64,000 nucleotides of DNA from an uncultured delta proteobacterium (GCA_963789265.1 CAWBKB010000001.1:2527716-2591715), one strand, 5' to 3'; shown: positions 1-10,421, counted from the stretch's first letter. Made by a program: numbers and translations. Notes: generated by a model not told the origin, from the letters alone.

Positions 1-203
1 ACTATCAGGCCGTGGGTAAGATCGTACGGAGAAAGGGCTACAGTCACTCGATCGCCCAACAACACTTTGATCCTGAACCTTGACATTCTGCCCGAAAGCT
101 TGGTTCGTATGCTTCGACCATCGTCCGTCTCAACCTGGTACATTCCCCCTGAATGGACCTTCACCACTGTTCCTTCAACCTTAACGTTGTCATCCCTACT
201 CAC
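1..203 (-). CDS. infA: Translation initiation factor IF-1 (runs off window start)
   Basis: Manual translation from GTG at 203: MSRDDNVKVEGTVVKVHSGGMYQVETDDGRSIRTKLSGRMSRFRIKVLLGDRVTVALSPYDLTHGLI, with IF-1 signatures SGRM...I...GDRV...SPYDL. Not in ORF track. Confidence 0.92.
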   Translation of the reverse strand, partial: MSRDDNVKVEGTVVKVHSGGMYQVETDDGRSIRTKLSGRMSRFRIKVLLGDRVTVALSPYDLTHGLI

Positions 204-334
204 TTGTTATACCCTTCCTGTTGTGCACAACATCACTTATTCTCCTATTCGTGAATGATATCATCACTCTTACGAGAGCCACCGAAAGGCGCGCTAAGTT
301 CCTTAAGAGAAGTATCACCCATCTTTCTTTTTTG

Positions 335-1090
335 TCAAATCATCTTTCCGTAGGTTTCACGGACTCTTTCCAGGTCTTCCAGCGTATCTACCTCTATGGA
401 ATCTTTATCTGTAATCACGACCTTAATGCGAAATCCATTCTCCAGTGCTCGGAGTTGCTCCAGATGTTCGGCACGTTCGAGAAAGCCTTGCGGAAGTTTT
501 GTAAATGTCTGAAGAAAATCGTTGCGATAGGCATATATGCCGTGATGCTTGAAGTAAATGGGACGCACTACGGACCCTCTGAAGAAAGGTATGGTGGATC
601 TGGAAAAATAGATTGCAAACCCTTCACAATCCATCACCGTCTTAACGGCATTGGGGTGGGTAATTTCTTCCTCCCTGACTATCTCATATATCAGGGTGCT
701 CATGGGGATCGCATCATCCGCCAGCAATGGCTGCACCACTTCTTCAATCATAACGGGATCGAACAGCGGCTGATCGCCCTGGATATTGACTGCAATGTCT
801 TGAGCTTCGAGTCCTGTGTCGCGGGCTGCCTGGGCGATTCGGTCGGTGCCCGACTGATGCTCCGTGGACGTCAGTAGAGCTGACCCGCCGTGTTCTTGAA
901 CGGCCTTCAGGATATCCTCCGAATCTGTTGCAACATATACTCTTTCCAGAAGTGCGGATTTGAGTGCCCGTTCGACTACCCGCATAATCATAGGTTTGCC
1001 ATGAATGTCTGCCAGGGGCTTCCCCGGGAAACGTGTGGACTCGGCTCTCGCGGGAATAAATCCGACTATTTTGCAGGAATTTTGAGGCAT
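335..1090 (-). CDS. kdsB: 3-deoxy-manno-octulosonate cytidylyltransferase (CMP-Kdo synthetase)
   Basis: IPARxxSTRFPGKPL, VATD, SGTDR, NIQGDQP, HHGIYAYR, LEQLRALENG motifs. Confidence 0.95.
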   Translation of the reverse strand: MPQNSCKIVGFIPARAESTRFPGKPLADIHGKPMIMRVVERALKSALLERVYVATDSEDILKAVQEHGGSALLTSTEHQSGTDRIAQAARDTGLEAQDIAVNIQGDQPLFDPVMIEEVVQPLLADDAIPMSTLIYEIVREEEITHPNAVKTVMDCEGFAIYFSRSTIPFFRGSVVRPIYFKHHGIYAYRNDFLQTFTKLPQGFLERAEHLEQLRALENGFRIKVVITDKDSIEVDTLEDLERVRETYGKMI

Positions 1091-1160
1091 TACTTCAGAT
1101 GTTCACGACCTCCCGACACAAAGCCGTCCAGCACTGGCGCATTTGCAGAAATTATGTGGC

Positions 1161-2366
1161 TCACAGAATCTCTTCCGCGGCTGCCTGCAGCTCCATGATC
1201 ATTCTTCGTATTCGCTCTTCGTCCATTTGCAGAGAAACCGGCAGGACCACTAATTTTTCCAAAATGGCTGAACTCTTTGGCAGCATATCTTTTGAATAAT
1301 TGGCCTCTTTTCCGTAAATAGGGCCGGCAAAAGGGTAAGGCCCCGGCCAAACGGTCTTGCGCCGGATCAAGTGCTCCCAATTTGGCGCAAAATGCCAGAG
1401 GTTGTTCTTGAAATAGATCGCATTCAAACCCTTTTCAGTAATACTTTTGTGAAAAGCCGACGCCATATCTCCATCGGGTAAGAAAAAACATACGTGAGTA
1501 TAACTATCCTTTCCATTTTCCGGCAGGTCCCTGACGGTTATGCCTGGAAAACTCTCCAGAGCTTCTCGAATAAGTTCCTGATTTTGTTGCTGTCGCTGAA
1601 TCATATCGTCCAGTTTGCTCAATTGGGCTACACCGATGGCCCCCTGCAATTCATTCATGCGATAATTGAAGCCGAAAAAACTCCTGCCTTCAAGCGCTCT
1701 TCCTACTTCCGGATTGTGGTCGTGACCGTGATCCGCATATTCGGATGCTCTCAGGTAAAGTTCGCGGTCATTGGTGATGACCATGCCGCCCTCTCCAGTG
1801 GTGATGGTCTTATAGAAATCGAACGAAAACGTCCCCATATCTCCCCATGTTCCCAATTTCTTGCCGCCGACCGCTGCCCCCAGGGCTTGGGCCGTATCTT
1901 CGAGGACCTTGAGATCGTGTTTGCGTGCGATCTGGATTATTTCTTGAATCCGAGCCGGTGCCCCGAGCATGTGGACCGGGATGACCGCTCTTGTTTTGTC
2001 CGTGATTTTCTTCTCAAAGTCCAACGGGTCCATGTTCAGGGTCCGGTCGATCTCGGTGGGAATAGGAACGGCACCCGACTCGATTATCGCTTCGTAAGTG
2101 GCGACAAAGGTGAAGCCCTGGGTTATCACTTCGTCACCGGGTCCAACTCCCAGGGCTGCAAGGGCCACCCGCAAGGCCGATGACCCCGAAGTAACCGCGT
2201 GGGCATAAACAGATCCGGTATATTGTGCGAACTTGTCCTCGAATTCCTTGACCTTAAAGAAACCCTTGCGCTCATTCTTGAATTCGTAGCGGAAGAGGAT
2301 CCCTGTTTCCAAGACGTCCTGTATCTGTTCTTTTTCCGATTCTCCCATCCATTCGTATCCAGGCAT
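1161..2366 (-). CDS. kdnA: DegT/DnrJ PLP aminotransferase, KdnA-like (8-amino-3,8-dideoxy-manno-octulosonate transaminase)
   Basis: MPGYE N-terminus, FSFDFYKTITTGEGG (PLP lysine), DHGHDH and NxWH..NW motifs as recalled for Shewanella KdnA; adjacent to kdsB. Confidence 0.75.
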   Translation of the reverse strand: MPGYEWMGESEKEQIQDVLETGILFRYEFKNERKGFFKVKEFEDKFAQYTGSVYAHAVTSGSSALRVALAALGVGPGDEVITQGFTFVATYEAIIESGAVPIPTEIDRTLNMDPLDFEKKITDKTRAVIPVHMLGAPARIQEIIQIARKHDLKVLEDTAQALGAAVGGKKLGTWGDMGTFSFDFYKTITTGEGGMVITNDRELYLRASEYADHGHDHNPEVGRALEGRSFFGFNYRMNELQGAIGVAQLSKLDDMIQRQQQNQELIREALESFPGITVRDLPENGKDSYTHVCFFLPDGDMASAFHKSITEKGLNAIYFKNNLWHFAPNWEHLIRRKTVWPGPYPFAGPIYGKEANYSKDMLPKSSAILEKLVVLPVSLQMDEERIRRMIMELQAAAEEIL

Positions 2367-2502
2367 GAAACCTCCTCAGCTATTAGCCACACGGCGCCCC
2401 TAGTCCGCCGTTAGAAAACTGACTTTTCTTTGTGCAACGGAAGATCTCGGGTTGTTTCGCCCAGAGAAAAAAAGTAACTACTCAAAACGCATGATTGACT
2501 CT

Positions 2503-3666
2503 TCACGCGAAAGCGAGCCTGTATATACGCTCAGCTTCTTTTTTACCCAGTTTCCTCGGATTGTTCTCAACAGGTCGGGTTACCTTCAGCGCTCCCTCTA
2601 CCAGGATCGGGATGTCTGATTCAGGAACACCGATTTCAGACAAGAACGCGGGGATTCCAATATCGGAAGAAAGCGTCCGTACGGCCTCGACAGCGGCGGC
2701 AGCAGCCCATCGACTTGGAAGTCCTTCCACCGGCTCTCCCATGCTCCGTGCTATGAGCGCAAATTGCCGCTCAGCGGCCGGAAGGTTGAACTCCATGACA
2801 TGCGGAATCAAGATGGCGTTTGCCAGCCCGTGAGGTATCCGGTAGTTTCCGCCAAGAGGGTACGCAAGAGCATGTGCGGCTCCAACGCCTGCATCGGCCA
2901 AGGCCAGCCCTCCAAGAAGACTGCCCATCAGCATGTTTTCCCTTGCCTGGATGTCGCTACCGTTAAAGACCGCCCGTCTCAGATTTTCACCGATGAGTCG
3001 GACGGCAGTTAGGGCCAATGCCTCAGTAAATATGGTTGAAGACCGACTGGTCACAGATTCTACCGCGTGAGTCAGGGCATCCATCCCGGTTGCCGCTGTG
3101 ACATCAGGCGGAAGCGAGACCGTAAGATCAGGATCGAGCAATGCTACATCGGGAAAGAGGAAAGGACTATTGATCCCACCTTTCGCTTTGGTCTCCCGAT
3201 TGGTGAAAACGGCCGTGAAAGTGACTTCCGATCCGGTCCCTGCTGTGGTGGGAATCATGATCGTCGCGGTGCTCGGCAACTCCACCTTGTCCAGGCCGAT
3301 GTAATCCTCAGCCTTTCCGTCATTGGTGACAAGAGCCGCCGCGGCTTTAGCCGTATCCATTGCAGAACCGCCACCCATTCCAACTACAAGGTCTGCTTCA
3401 ATCTCACGCCCGATAGCCGCCGCATCATCAGCATTGTCCAGGTAAGGTTCGGGTTCAACTTTCAGAAAAGTCTTCCCGTACAGGCCCGATTCGGTCAAAA
3501 TCTTGCGAGCCGTTTCCAACGTGCCGACGTTCTCCAAAGCCGGGTCCGCGACCAAGAGGAATGACCTTGCGCCCATGTCACAGGCCAATTCCCCGAGACT
3601 AAGGATTGCGCCTCTGCCAAAGAATACTTTGGTCTTGATTTGGAAATTTCTTATTTGCGCCGGCAT
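2503..3666 (-). CDS. Iron-containing alcohol dehydrogenase (candidate Kdo 8-oxidase by context)
   Basis: GGGSAMD, PTTAGTGSE, DALTHAVE, AHALA, PHG metal ligands. Confidence 0.85.
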   Translation of the reverse strand: MPAQIRNFQIKTKVFFGRGAILSLGELACDMGARSFLLVADPALENVGTLETARKILTESGLYGKTFLKVEPEPYLDNADDAAAIGREIEADLVVGMGGGSAMDTAKAAAALVTNDGKAEDYIGLDKVELPSTATIMIPTTAGTGSEVTFTAVFTNRETKAKGGINSPFLFPDVALLDPDLTVSLPPDVTAATGMDALTHAVESVTSRSSTIFTEALALTAVRLIGENLRRAVFNGSDIQARENMLMGSLLGGLALADAGVGAAHALAYPLGGNYRIPHGLANAILIPHVMEFNLPAAERQFALIARSMGEPVEGLPSRWAAAAAVEAVRTLSSDIGIPAFLSEIGVPESDIPILVEGALKVTRPVENNPRKLGKKEAERIYRLAFA

Positions 3667-3823
3667 TCAAACCTCGGCCGAAGTGATAGTGCGCCAAAAA
3701 GTTTTCAGGTTATATCAGAAATCCTGTGTGCGAGCAAGCACCGAAACGGGGCTTACATTTCCTCCCGGGCTATGATATGAAAAGAAGTTTCAGAGAAATT
3801 ACGTGGATCAGGAGGCATCCCGC

Positions 3824-5347
3824 GTGCTGGAAGTTCTTACCCGGGGATTCCGAGATGTTCGACAATTCTTCCAAGGACAGCGCACACTTACCGAAGAAAA
3901 CCTTGGCGAAGCGCTGAGCATGATTCGCGTCTCGCTTCTCGAAGCGGACGTTGAATTTCAGGTCACTCGCTCATTTCTGGAACGGGTCAAGGAACAAGCC
4001 CTTGGGCAAATAGTACAGGTCCAGGTCAAACACAGAGACAGGAAGCTTCGCGTATCCCCCGGCGATCATTTCATAAACCTTTGTCATGAAGAACTGGTAC
4101 GCCTCATGGGGCCGGCCGATTCGGCTCTGAACCTGCACTCGAAACCGGTCAGTTCGGTGATGATGGTCGGCTTACAGGGCTCCGGCAAGACTACCACAGC
4201 GGCTAAGCTGGCTCTGTACCTGACCAAGGCGGGCAAGAAGCCCATGCTTGTGGCCGCTGACGTGTACAGACCCGCAGCGGTGGATCAGCTCGTTAAGTTA
4301 GGGTCGGATCTCGACATTCCGGTTTTCGTTGACGGAGGAGCCCATCCTCCCGAGATTTGCGAACGGGCCGTCCGAGAAGCTGCTACGCAGGAGCGCGATG
4401 TCGCGATCTTCGACACGGCAGGACGGTTGACTGTAGATGAACCACTTATGGAGGAACTTCATCGGATTGAGGAGCTGACATCTCCCGACAACGTCTTGCT
4501 GGTCTGTGACGCCATGATCGGCCAGGAATCGGTGAAAATTGCCAAGGCGTTCAATGAGAAGATCCGGCTTACGGGATTCATTCTTACCAAAATGGACGGC
4601 GATGCCCGTGGGGGGGCGGCGATATCCATCAAAGAGGCAACTGGAGTCCCCATCAAGTTCGTCGGCATGGGAGAAGCTCTTGAGCGTCTCGACGAGTTTC
4701 GCCCTGACGGGATGGCTTCCAGAATTTTGGGATTCGGAGACGTCGTCGGCCTGGTGAAGGATTTCGAGGAGGTCGTAGACGAAAAAAAGGCCGAAGAAGA
4801 CGCGATGCGTATGCTTCAGGGCCATTTCGGTCTGGACGATTTCCTCAGCCAGATTCGCGCTATCAAGCAGATGGGGCCTTTGCAGGACCTTGTCGAGAAG
4901 TTGCCTTTCTTTTCGGGAGGGCTTCCTGATTCGGCCAAAGTGGATGACTACGAGTTGGTACGCATCGAATCGATAATCAATTCGATGACCCTTGCGGAAC
5001 GAAAGAGACCTGACGTCCTTAACGAGAGCAGAATACGCCGTGTTGCCAAGGGAGCCGGCCGCAAAGAGACTGAAGTCAAAGACCTTTTGACCAAGTTTAA
5101 GGACATGCGGGACCTAATGGTCGCTGTCGGTGGCGGCAAGATCCGGGGACGCTGGAAAGGGCTCAAGGGAATCAAGAAAATGTTTGCGGGAGGCATGGGA
5201 CTTGATGACTCGGCGTCCGGGCCTGCTAATCCATTCGGCCTGCCTGAAGTCAAGAAAGGAAAAATGTTCTCCAAAAAGTCTATTGAAAAGAAAAGAAAAA
5301 AAAGTAAACTGGCACGCCAGGCAAGAAAGAAGGCTAAGAAGCGTTGA
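3824..5347 (+). CDS. ffh: Signal recognition particle protein Ffh
   Basis: LLEADV, GLQGSGKTT, DVYRPAA, DTAGR, TKMDGDARGG, M domain IINSMT..ER. GTG start at 3824 follows a GGAGG SD. Confidence 0.95.
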   Translation: MLEVLTRGFRDVRQFFQGQRTLTEENLGEALSMIRVSLLEADVEFQVTRSFLERVKEQALGQIVQVQVKHRDRKLRVSPGDHFINLCHEELVRLMGPADSALNLHSKPVSSVMMVGLQGSGKTTTAAKLALYLTKAGKKPMLVAADVYRPAAVDQLVKLGSDLDIPVFVDGGAHPPEICERAVREAATQERDVAIFDTAGRLTVDEPLMEELHRIEELTSPDNVLLVCDAMIGQESVKIAKAFNEKIRLTGFILTKMDGDARGGAAISIKEATGVPIKFVGMGEALERLDEFRPDGMASRILGFGDVVGLVKDFEEVVDEKKAEEDAMRMLQGHFGLDDFLSQIRAIKQMGPLQDLVEKLPFFSGGLPDSAKVDDYELVRIESIINSMTLAERKRPDVLNESRIRRVAKGAGRKETEVKDLLTKFKDMRDLMVAVGGGKIRGRWKGLKGIKKMFAGGMGLDDSASGPANPFGLPEVKKGKMFSKKSIEKKRKKSKLARQARKKAKKR

Positions 5348-5525
5348 GCGACACCCATGCACTGCACTTTGAGTGATACAGCTTTAGCCCGAAATTACAG
5401 CCGCTTCAGCGGGTGTCCGGAGGCACCGTGTGCGGTGGCTGCAACAAGCGGTAATTGGAAATGCGTGATTTTTATTGATTTTACCATAGGGCTCGATTCG
5501 AGTCCAAAAGCCGAAGGAGGTCAGG

Positions 5526-6062
5526 ATGCTGCTGAAGCTGTTTGGAATGATCGTCTTAGGTCTAATAAGTGCAACTCTTAGTTATTACAATAAAAACTAC
5601 TATGTGGGAGTATTCAACGATATCCTGGGAAAAGAGGAAGATGAGAAGGCAGTCTTGCGGGTCGGACGAGGCTTCATCTACGGCTTCTTCTTTCCGATTT
5701 ATCTGATTCTAATCGTTTTAGGGCTCATCGCACTCGCCCTCTTTCTCGTTGCAGCCGGCATAATTGCTGCAATAATTTTCGTACTGGTCTGGCTCACGGA
5801 AAACATTTTGCCTCACGAATGGTTCGGCAATCTGCTCCTCAAACTCTACACCAGCGTGGGGCTGGGTAGTGCCAAAGCCGCGCCACCTGCCGCGCCACCT
5901 GCCGCGCCGACCGAGGTTTCCGTTCCATCGCAGCCGACCACTCCCATGCCTTCTCCTTCCGCGACACCCGCCTCGGGCGCTCCCTCCCCGGAAGTGGAGA
6001 AAATGGGAAGCAAACAAGAGGAGCCCGGCATTAATGTGACGCGTAGGCACTCGCTCGACTGA
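5526..6062 (+). CDS. Hypothetical membrane protein with Pro/Ala-rich C-terminal tail
   Basis: SD AAGGAGG upstream; several hydrophobic segments; AAPP repeats. Confidence 0.7.
   Translation: MLLKLFGMIVLGLISATLSYYNKNYYVGVFNDILGKEEDEKAVLRVGRGFIYGFFFPIYLILIVLGLIALALFLVAAGIIAAIIFVLVWLTENILPHEWFGNLLLKLYTSVGLGSAKAAPPAAPPAAPTEVSVPSQPTTPMPSPSATPASGAPSPEVEKMGSKQEEPGINVTRRHSLD
5877..5908 (+). repeat. 12-bp coding tandem repeat GCCGCGCCACCT x2.7
   Basis: Read directly; encodes AAPP-AAPP-AAP. Confidence 0.85.
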
Positions 6063-6255
6063 TCTGGCGCCGTCCCGGTTCAGTCTCGAAGAACGGAAAA
6101 GCGAGGTTTCCGAAGGTGGCTGCCATTTTTGTCGATTGCAGCGATTCTCAAAGGTAGCGGCCCATGCAAAGAACATGATTTGGAACAACGGACATCTTTA
6201 ACTGGCGAGTGCTGGAAGCCCATAGGCGCAAAAATAGCGTCGCGGGCAGCGGATT

Positions 6256-6341
6256 TTCCCCCCTTTCTCAAAGAGGGGCAGGGGGGATTTTGGGTTAACC
6301 TATTGAAATCCCCCTATATCCCCCTTTACAAAAGGGGGACT
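6256..6341. repeat. Pair of inverted REP-like palindromes (CCCCCTTT-N-AAAGGGGG type)
   Basis: TCCCCCCTTTCTCAAAGAGGGGCAGGGGGGATTT ... AAATCCCCCTATATCCCCCTTTACAAAAGGGGGAC, between convergent genes. Confidence 0.7.
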
Positions 6342-6500
6342 TTGACGGCCCATGGGCCATCTGATGTGCGTACCACCTGGAACAACCATCCCTAATTTAA
6401 CGCCAATATGTTGGAAGCTGCCGCACCAGTCTATATTCGGCGCCGGCATGCACGCCTATGAGTACAAAATTGATAACCATACAGAATCCACCTTGGCTCT

Positions 6501-6998
6501 TCAAAAAACGATCACCGTAAGCCGCGCCGGGCCGTGCACACCGATGGTGAGCGTCAATTCAATGTCTGCTGTTCTGCTGGGCCCGGTTTCCAATGTAACA
6601 TTGGTGGGAGGCGAATCGCCTAAGGTGGAGAAGAAATCGTCCAGATTCTCGTATATGTTTTCCGAAGATACAATTGCAACGTGATGCGGCGGCAAAAGGC
6701 CTGCTTGAACCACTTTCCCCCCCTGACTGGAACAGACCAGACTGCCGGTCTCTGCTATTGCGGCGGAAACCTCTTCCACACAGACACCGGCTGAAGCATA
6801 GTTCTCCGTGCGTTTGTCCGGGGGCAACTGAACGGCCTTCTCCTTTTCTGTGACAACCGGGCAGAAAATGGATTCCGCCTGATTGAGAATCGTCTCGAGG
6901 GCATGGTTCAGTTCTTCGTAATCTTTCACGCGAATAGGTTCCGCGGCCACTTTGGCGGCATTCTTGATGAAGAGATCAATAAGTTCGTCCCGCGTCAT
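6501..6998 (-). CDS. lutC: Lactate utilization protein C (LUD domain)
   Basis: AIAETGS, LLPPHH, TGPSRTADIELTLTIGVHGP. Confidence 0.9.
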   Translation of the reverse strand: MTRDELIDLFIKNAAKVAAEPIRVKDYEELNHALETILNQAESIFCPVVTEKEKAVQLPPDKRTENYASAGVCVEEVSAAIAETGSLVCSSQGGKVVQAGLLPPHHVAIVSSENIYENLDDFFSTLGDSPPTNVTLETGPSRTADIELTLTIGVHGPARLTVIVF

Positions 6999-8359
6999 GA
7001 GAGCCTCCGCCTGAATGTTGTATCAACGGGCCGAGGCAGGCGATCGAGCGTATCCGTCGCTCCTAACTTTTTTGCTACAGGCCACATATAGTGTGCAGCG
7101 GTCTGCCCCAGATGAAAAAGGAATGGAGATTCGACGGCCTTGCCGAAACCGGCCATGCCTGTTTGCTCACTCTTAGGGGTAAACCCTTCTTCTACCCTTC
7201 GTTCACGCAACTTGCGCAGGAGCTGGGGGAGCGGCACCTTCACCGGGCAAACATCGCCGCAGGCTCCGCAAAGGGTAGTCGCGTCCAGGAGCGGGTGAGC
7301 CGTCTGCATTCCTTCCAACAGATTGGTCAACACGATTCCCATGGGCCCCGGATACGTCGAGCCGTACGCATGCCCTCCGACTAAGCGGTAAACAGGACAT
7401 GCGTTCAAGCAGGCGCCGCACCGGATACACTTGAGCATTTCGCGATATTTACCTGTGACTATTTTGGATCTGCCATTATCCACAAGTACGATGTGCATCT
7501 CCGCTGCACCCGTCGAATCCCCGGGCTTTCTGGTTCCGGTAATCACCGACATGTACGTGGTCTGCACTTGGCCTGTGGCAGATCGAGGAAGCAGCCTGAT
7601 GAATTTGGGCAAATCTGCAAGAGACGGGATCATCTTTTCGATTGACAATACGGCAATATGGAGCGCCGGTAGAGAGGTGCACATGCGCCCGTTCCCTTCA
7701 TTTGTGAACAGAACGATGCTGCCTGAGTCGGCTACCGCGAAGTTCGCGCCGGATATTCCTGCCTTAGCAGACAGGAATTCCCCCCTGAGGATTTTTTTTG
7801 CAATTACAGTGAGAATCGCCGGATCGTCCGAGTACTCGCATCCCAGCTTTTCGGCGAAAAGCTTCCCCACTTGCCTGCGATCCTTGTGAATTGCCGGGAC
7901 AATTATGTGAGACGGCCCTTCCCCGGCGATCTGTATAATGTATTCGCCCAGGTCGGTCTCCACCGCTGTGATTCCCTGTTTCTCCAGGAAGTCATTGAGG
8001 TGGATTTCCTCGCTGACCATGGATTTCGACTTCACTACCTTTTCGATCCGATGGTCTTTGAGTATGGAGGCAATTAGCTCTCTGGCTTCCGGAGCGTCTT
8101 TCGCTCTGTGAACCCTGGCCCCGGCTCTGGCGGCATTCTTTTCGAAGCGATCAACATAATCCGACAGGTTGTCGAGAACTCTCAAACGCAGAGCCGAAGC
8201 TTGCTCGCGCCATTCTTCGAGGGGCACCCCGGAGATCGCTTCCGCTCTCTTTATTGTGAAGGTCTCCGTTGCATTGCGCATCGCACCTCGAAGAGCATCG
8301 TTTTTCAGGGCCAGGGCCGCATTGGCTCGAAAAGGTATGCTCGTTGTAGAGAGGCTCAT
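6995..8359 (-). CDS. lutB: Lactate utilization protein B (Fe-S)
   Basis: KSKSMVSEE, ETDLGEY, PSHIIVPAIH, NEGNGR, CIRCGACLNACPVY, CGACGDVCPVK; ATG at 8359 overlaps the lutA stop. Confidence 0.93.
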   Translation of the reverse strand: MSLSTTSIPFRANAALALKNDALRGAMRNATETFTIKRAEAISGVPLEEWREQASALRLRVLDNLSDYVDRFEKNAARAGARVHRAKDAPEARELIASILKDHRIEKVVKSKSMVSEEIHLNDFLEKQGITAVETDLGEYIIQIAGEGPSHIIVPAIHKDRRQVGKLFAEKLGCEYSDDPAILTVIAKKILRGEFLSAKAGISGANFAVADSGSIVLFTNEGNGRMCTSLPALHIAVLSIEKMIPSLADLPKFIRLLPRSATGQVQTTYMSVITGTRKPGDSTGAAEMHIVLVDNGRSKIVTGKYREMLKCIRCGACLNACPVYRLVGGHAYGSTYPGPMGIVLTNLLEGMQTAHPLLDATTLCGACGDVCPVKVPLPQLLRKLRERRVEEGFTPKSEQTGMAGFGKAVESPFLFHLGQTAAHYMWPVAKKLGATDTLDRLPRPVDTTFRRRLS

Positions 8360-9086
8360 GTCAGACCCTCCGCAAGCACTGCCGCTATATGTTTGACCTT
8401 GACGGCACTGCCCCGTCGCTTGATTGCATCGGCGATACTCATGAGACAACCATGGTCGCAGCCGGTGACCGTTTCCGCGCCGGTTGCCAGAATTGTGTCC
8501 ACCTTTTCGTCCGCCAGAGCCATCGAGACTTCAGGAAGTTTGACCATGAAGATCCCTCCGAAACCGCAACAACGGTCCGCGTGGGGGAGATGAACAAATT
8601 CCGCTCCCTTGAGCGATTGCAAAAGTAGCAGCGGTTCTTCCCTGACACCAAGCTCTCGGGTGAGCTGACAGGAGGCGTGGTAGGTGATCTTCCCTTTTCC
8701 GGAGAGGTTAGCTTCGTGAACTTTCAGAAACGTGGACAAGGAATTGGCTCAGTTCGTAAGTCCGGACTGCTATGGCTTCCGCCTTTGAGCGCATCCGGGC
8801 ATCATCCCGGAACAGGTCGGGATAATGATTCTTCACCATGGAAGCACACGACCCTGATGGAATCACAATAGGATCGTTGCTACCCTCAAACACGGAAATA
8901 AAATGTTCTGCAGCTTTTCCTGGACTCACGTCTATATCCCCCACTGTCCGCCGGTTTTCCGCAGCAAGTCTGGCCCTTGGGATAAGTCACTTCCACACCG
9001 AAGTGGTTCAGAAGACGAACTGTGGCTTCGCCTGTTTCGGGAAACATTGTATCGATCAGGCATGTGCCGAATAGTTGAACACGCAT
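8356..9086 (-). CDS. lutA: Lactate utilization protein A (two CCG domains), split by two +1 frameshifts
   Basis: Three ORF pieces join: MRVQLFGTCL..QTCCGKP / KAAEHF..PSGSC..YELSQFLV / YHASC..CCGFGG..GCDHGCLM; shifts near 8917 and 8730. Confidence 0.85.
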
Positions 9087-9204
9087 CAAGACCTCCGTGG
9101 GCTTAGACAAACTCCTAGAGGCGTCCGGTACAGCCCGCTGACTATTCAGCGGGCTACCGGCATAGTATCATGTGTGCCGCTTGGCTCCGCTTTACTATTT
9201 TTTT

Positions 9205-9393
9205 TACCGACTTGCTCTCAAGTAGGTGGTGCCGTGTTCCTAGTGGGACAGGCATCCTGCCTGTCGTCATGCCCACGTACACGGGCATCCAGACTGGACC
9301 CAGGATCGGAACCCTAGGTATCGAATGGCAGGCAAGATGCCTGCCCCACTTTATCCTGTCTAAGATTATCACTTGTTTGACGGTGCAATGCTA
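9205..9393. repeat. Composite miniature element: imperfect terminal inverted repeats enclosing REP-like hairpins
   Basis: Internal GTGGGACAGGCATCCTGCCTGTC ... GGCAGGCAAGATGCCTGCCCCAC. The reverse complement of the right end matches 63348-63379 at 27 of 32 nt. Confidence 0.65.
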
Positions 9394-9458
9394 TCAGAAC
9401 GCTACAGAAACGTGTCACAATTTTCGGACGAGCCCGTGTAAGCCCCTCTGGAACAGAG

Positions 9459-10421
9459 CTATGTGTTGCAATTCAAGCAATTGGGAGGAATCTTTCCCGC
9501 CAATCCTGCGATGAGGTTTTCAGCCGCCAACCAGGCCATCTTGGTTCTGGTTTCAATTGTAGCGCTGCCTATGTGAGGAAGCAGCACGACGTTGTCCAGA
9601 TCGGTAAGCCCCGGGCTGAGTTCAGGTTCCCTTTCATAAACATCTAACCCGGCGCCGGCTATCTTGCTCGCCTTCAATGCCCCAACAAGAGCCTCTTCAT
9701 CGACCACCGGCCCTCGGGCAGCGTTGATCAGGAAGGCGGTCGGCTTCATGAGTTCGAGTTCATTCTGCCCTATCAAATGCCGAGTCTGCTCGGTCAACGG
9801 CACGTGAAGGGAGACAAAATCGGACTCGGAAAGGAGGATTGCCAGGTCAACATAAGTGATCCCGAGTTCTTTCTCCTCAGTTTCTGCGATTCTGTGACGA
9901 CTGTGATAGAGGATGTTCATGCCAAAGCCGCTTGCACGGCGAGCCACAGCCTTACCGATTTGCCCCAATCCTACTATACCGAGCGTCTTCCCACTCACCT
10001 CGGAGCCAAGGAAAAGGAATGGAGCGAGGTACTTGAATTTGCCCCTTCTCACACGCGCGTCGCCTTCGATGAGCCGTCGTGAGACAGCAAGAATCAGCGC
10101 GAACGTAAGATCCGCGGTAGCATCGGTCAGAACACCGGGGGTATTGGAAACCCGCATTCCCCGCGCTGTGGCAGCATGAATGTCAATATTGTCGTATCCC
10201 ACAGCGTAATTGGCAATCATCCTTAAATTAGGGGCACGGTCCATCAATTCGGCATCTATCCTATCCGTGAGTATGGAAATTAGTCCATGTTTGTCTGTAA
10301 TATTGGCCAGGATGTCCTCCCGCGGCATGGGCTGGTCCAACTCGTTGGCAACGACTTCATGGTCGGCTCTTAGCATAGCTATGACAGCTTCAGGAAGCCT
10401 CCCGGTTACAAGAATCTTCAT
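9459..10421 (-). CDS. D-isomer 2-hydroxyacid dehydrogenase (glyoxylate reductase / D-glycerate dehydrogenase family)
   Basis: AVGYDNID, NTPGVLT, GLGQIG, INAARG, GLDVYEREP, PHIGSAT. Confidence 0.92.
   Translation of the reverse strand: MKILVTGRLPEAVIAMLRADHEVVANELDQPMPREDILANITDKHGLISILTDRIDAELMDRAPNLRMIANYAVGYDNIDIHAATARGMRVSNTPGVLTDATADLTFALILAVSRRLIEGDARVRRGKFKYLAPFLFLGSEVSGKTLGIVGLGQIGKAVARRASGFGMNILYHSRHRIAETEEKELGITYVDLAILLSESDFVSLHVPLTEQTRHLIGQNELELMKPTAFLINAARGPVVDEEALVGALKASKIAGAGLDVYEREPELSPGLTDLDNVVLLPHIGSATIETRTKMAWLAAENLIAGLAGKIPPNCLNCNT

Noticed and set aside
5348..5525. SRP RNA (ffs) next to ffh
   Set aside because: The conserved domain IV motif (CAGG..GGAA..AGCAG) was not seen.
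8700..8950. Programmed frameshifting or phase variation in lutA and other split genes
   Set aside because: Breaks lie in very short runs without slippery heptamers and recur in unrelated genes; assembly error is simpler.
6501..9086. lutABC as part of the mycofactocin system (MftD substitute)
   Set aside because: About 33 kb away, unrelated fold and a common stand-alone operon; no evidence of linkage.
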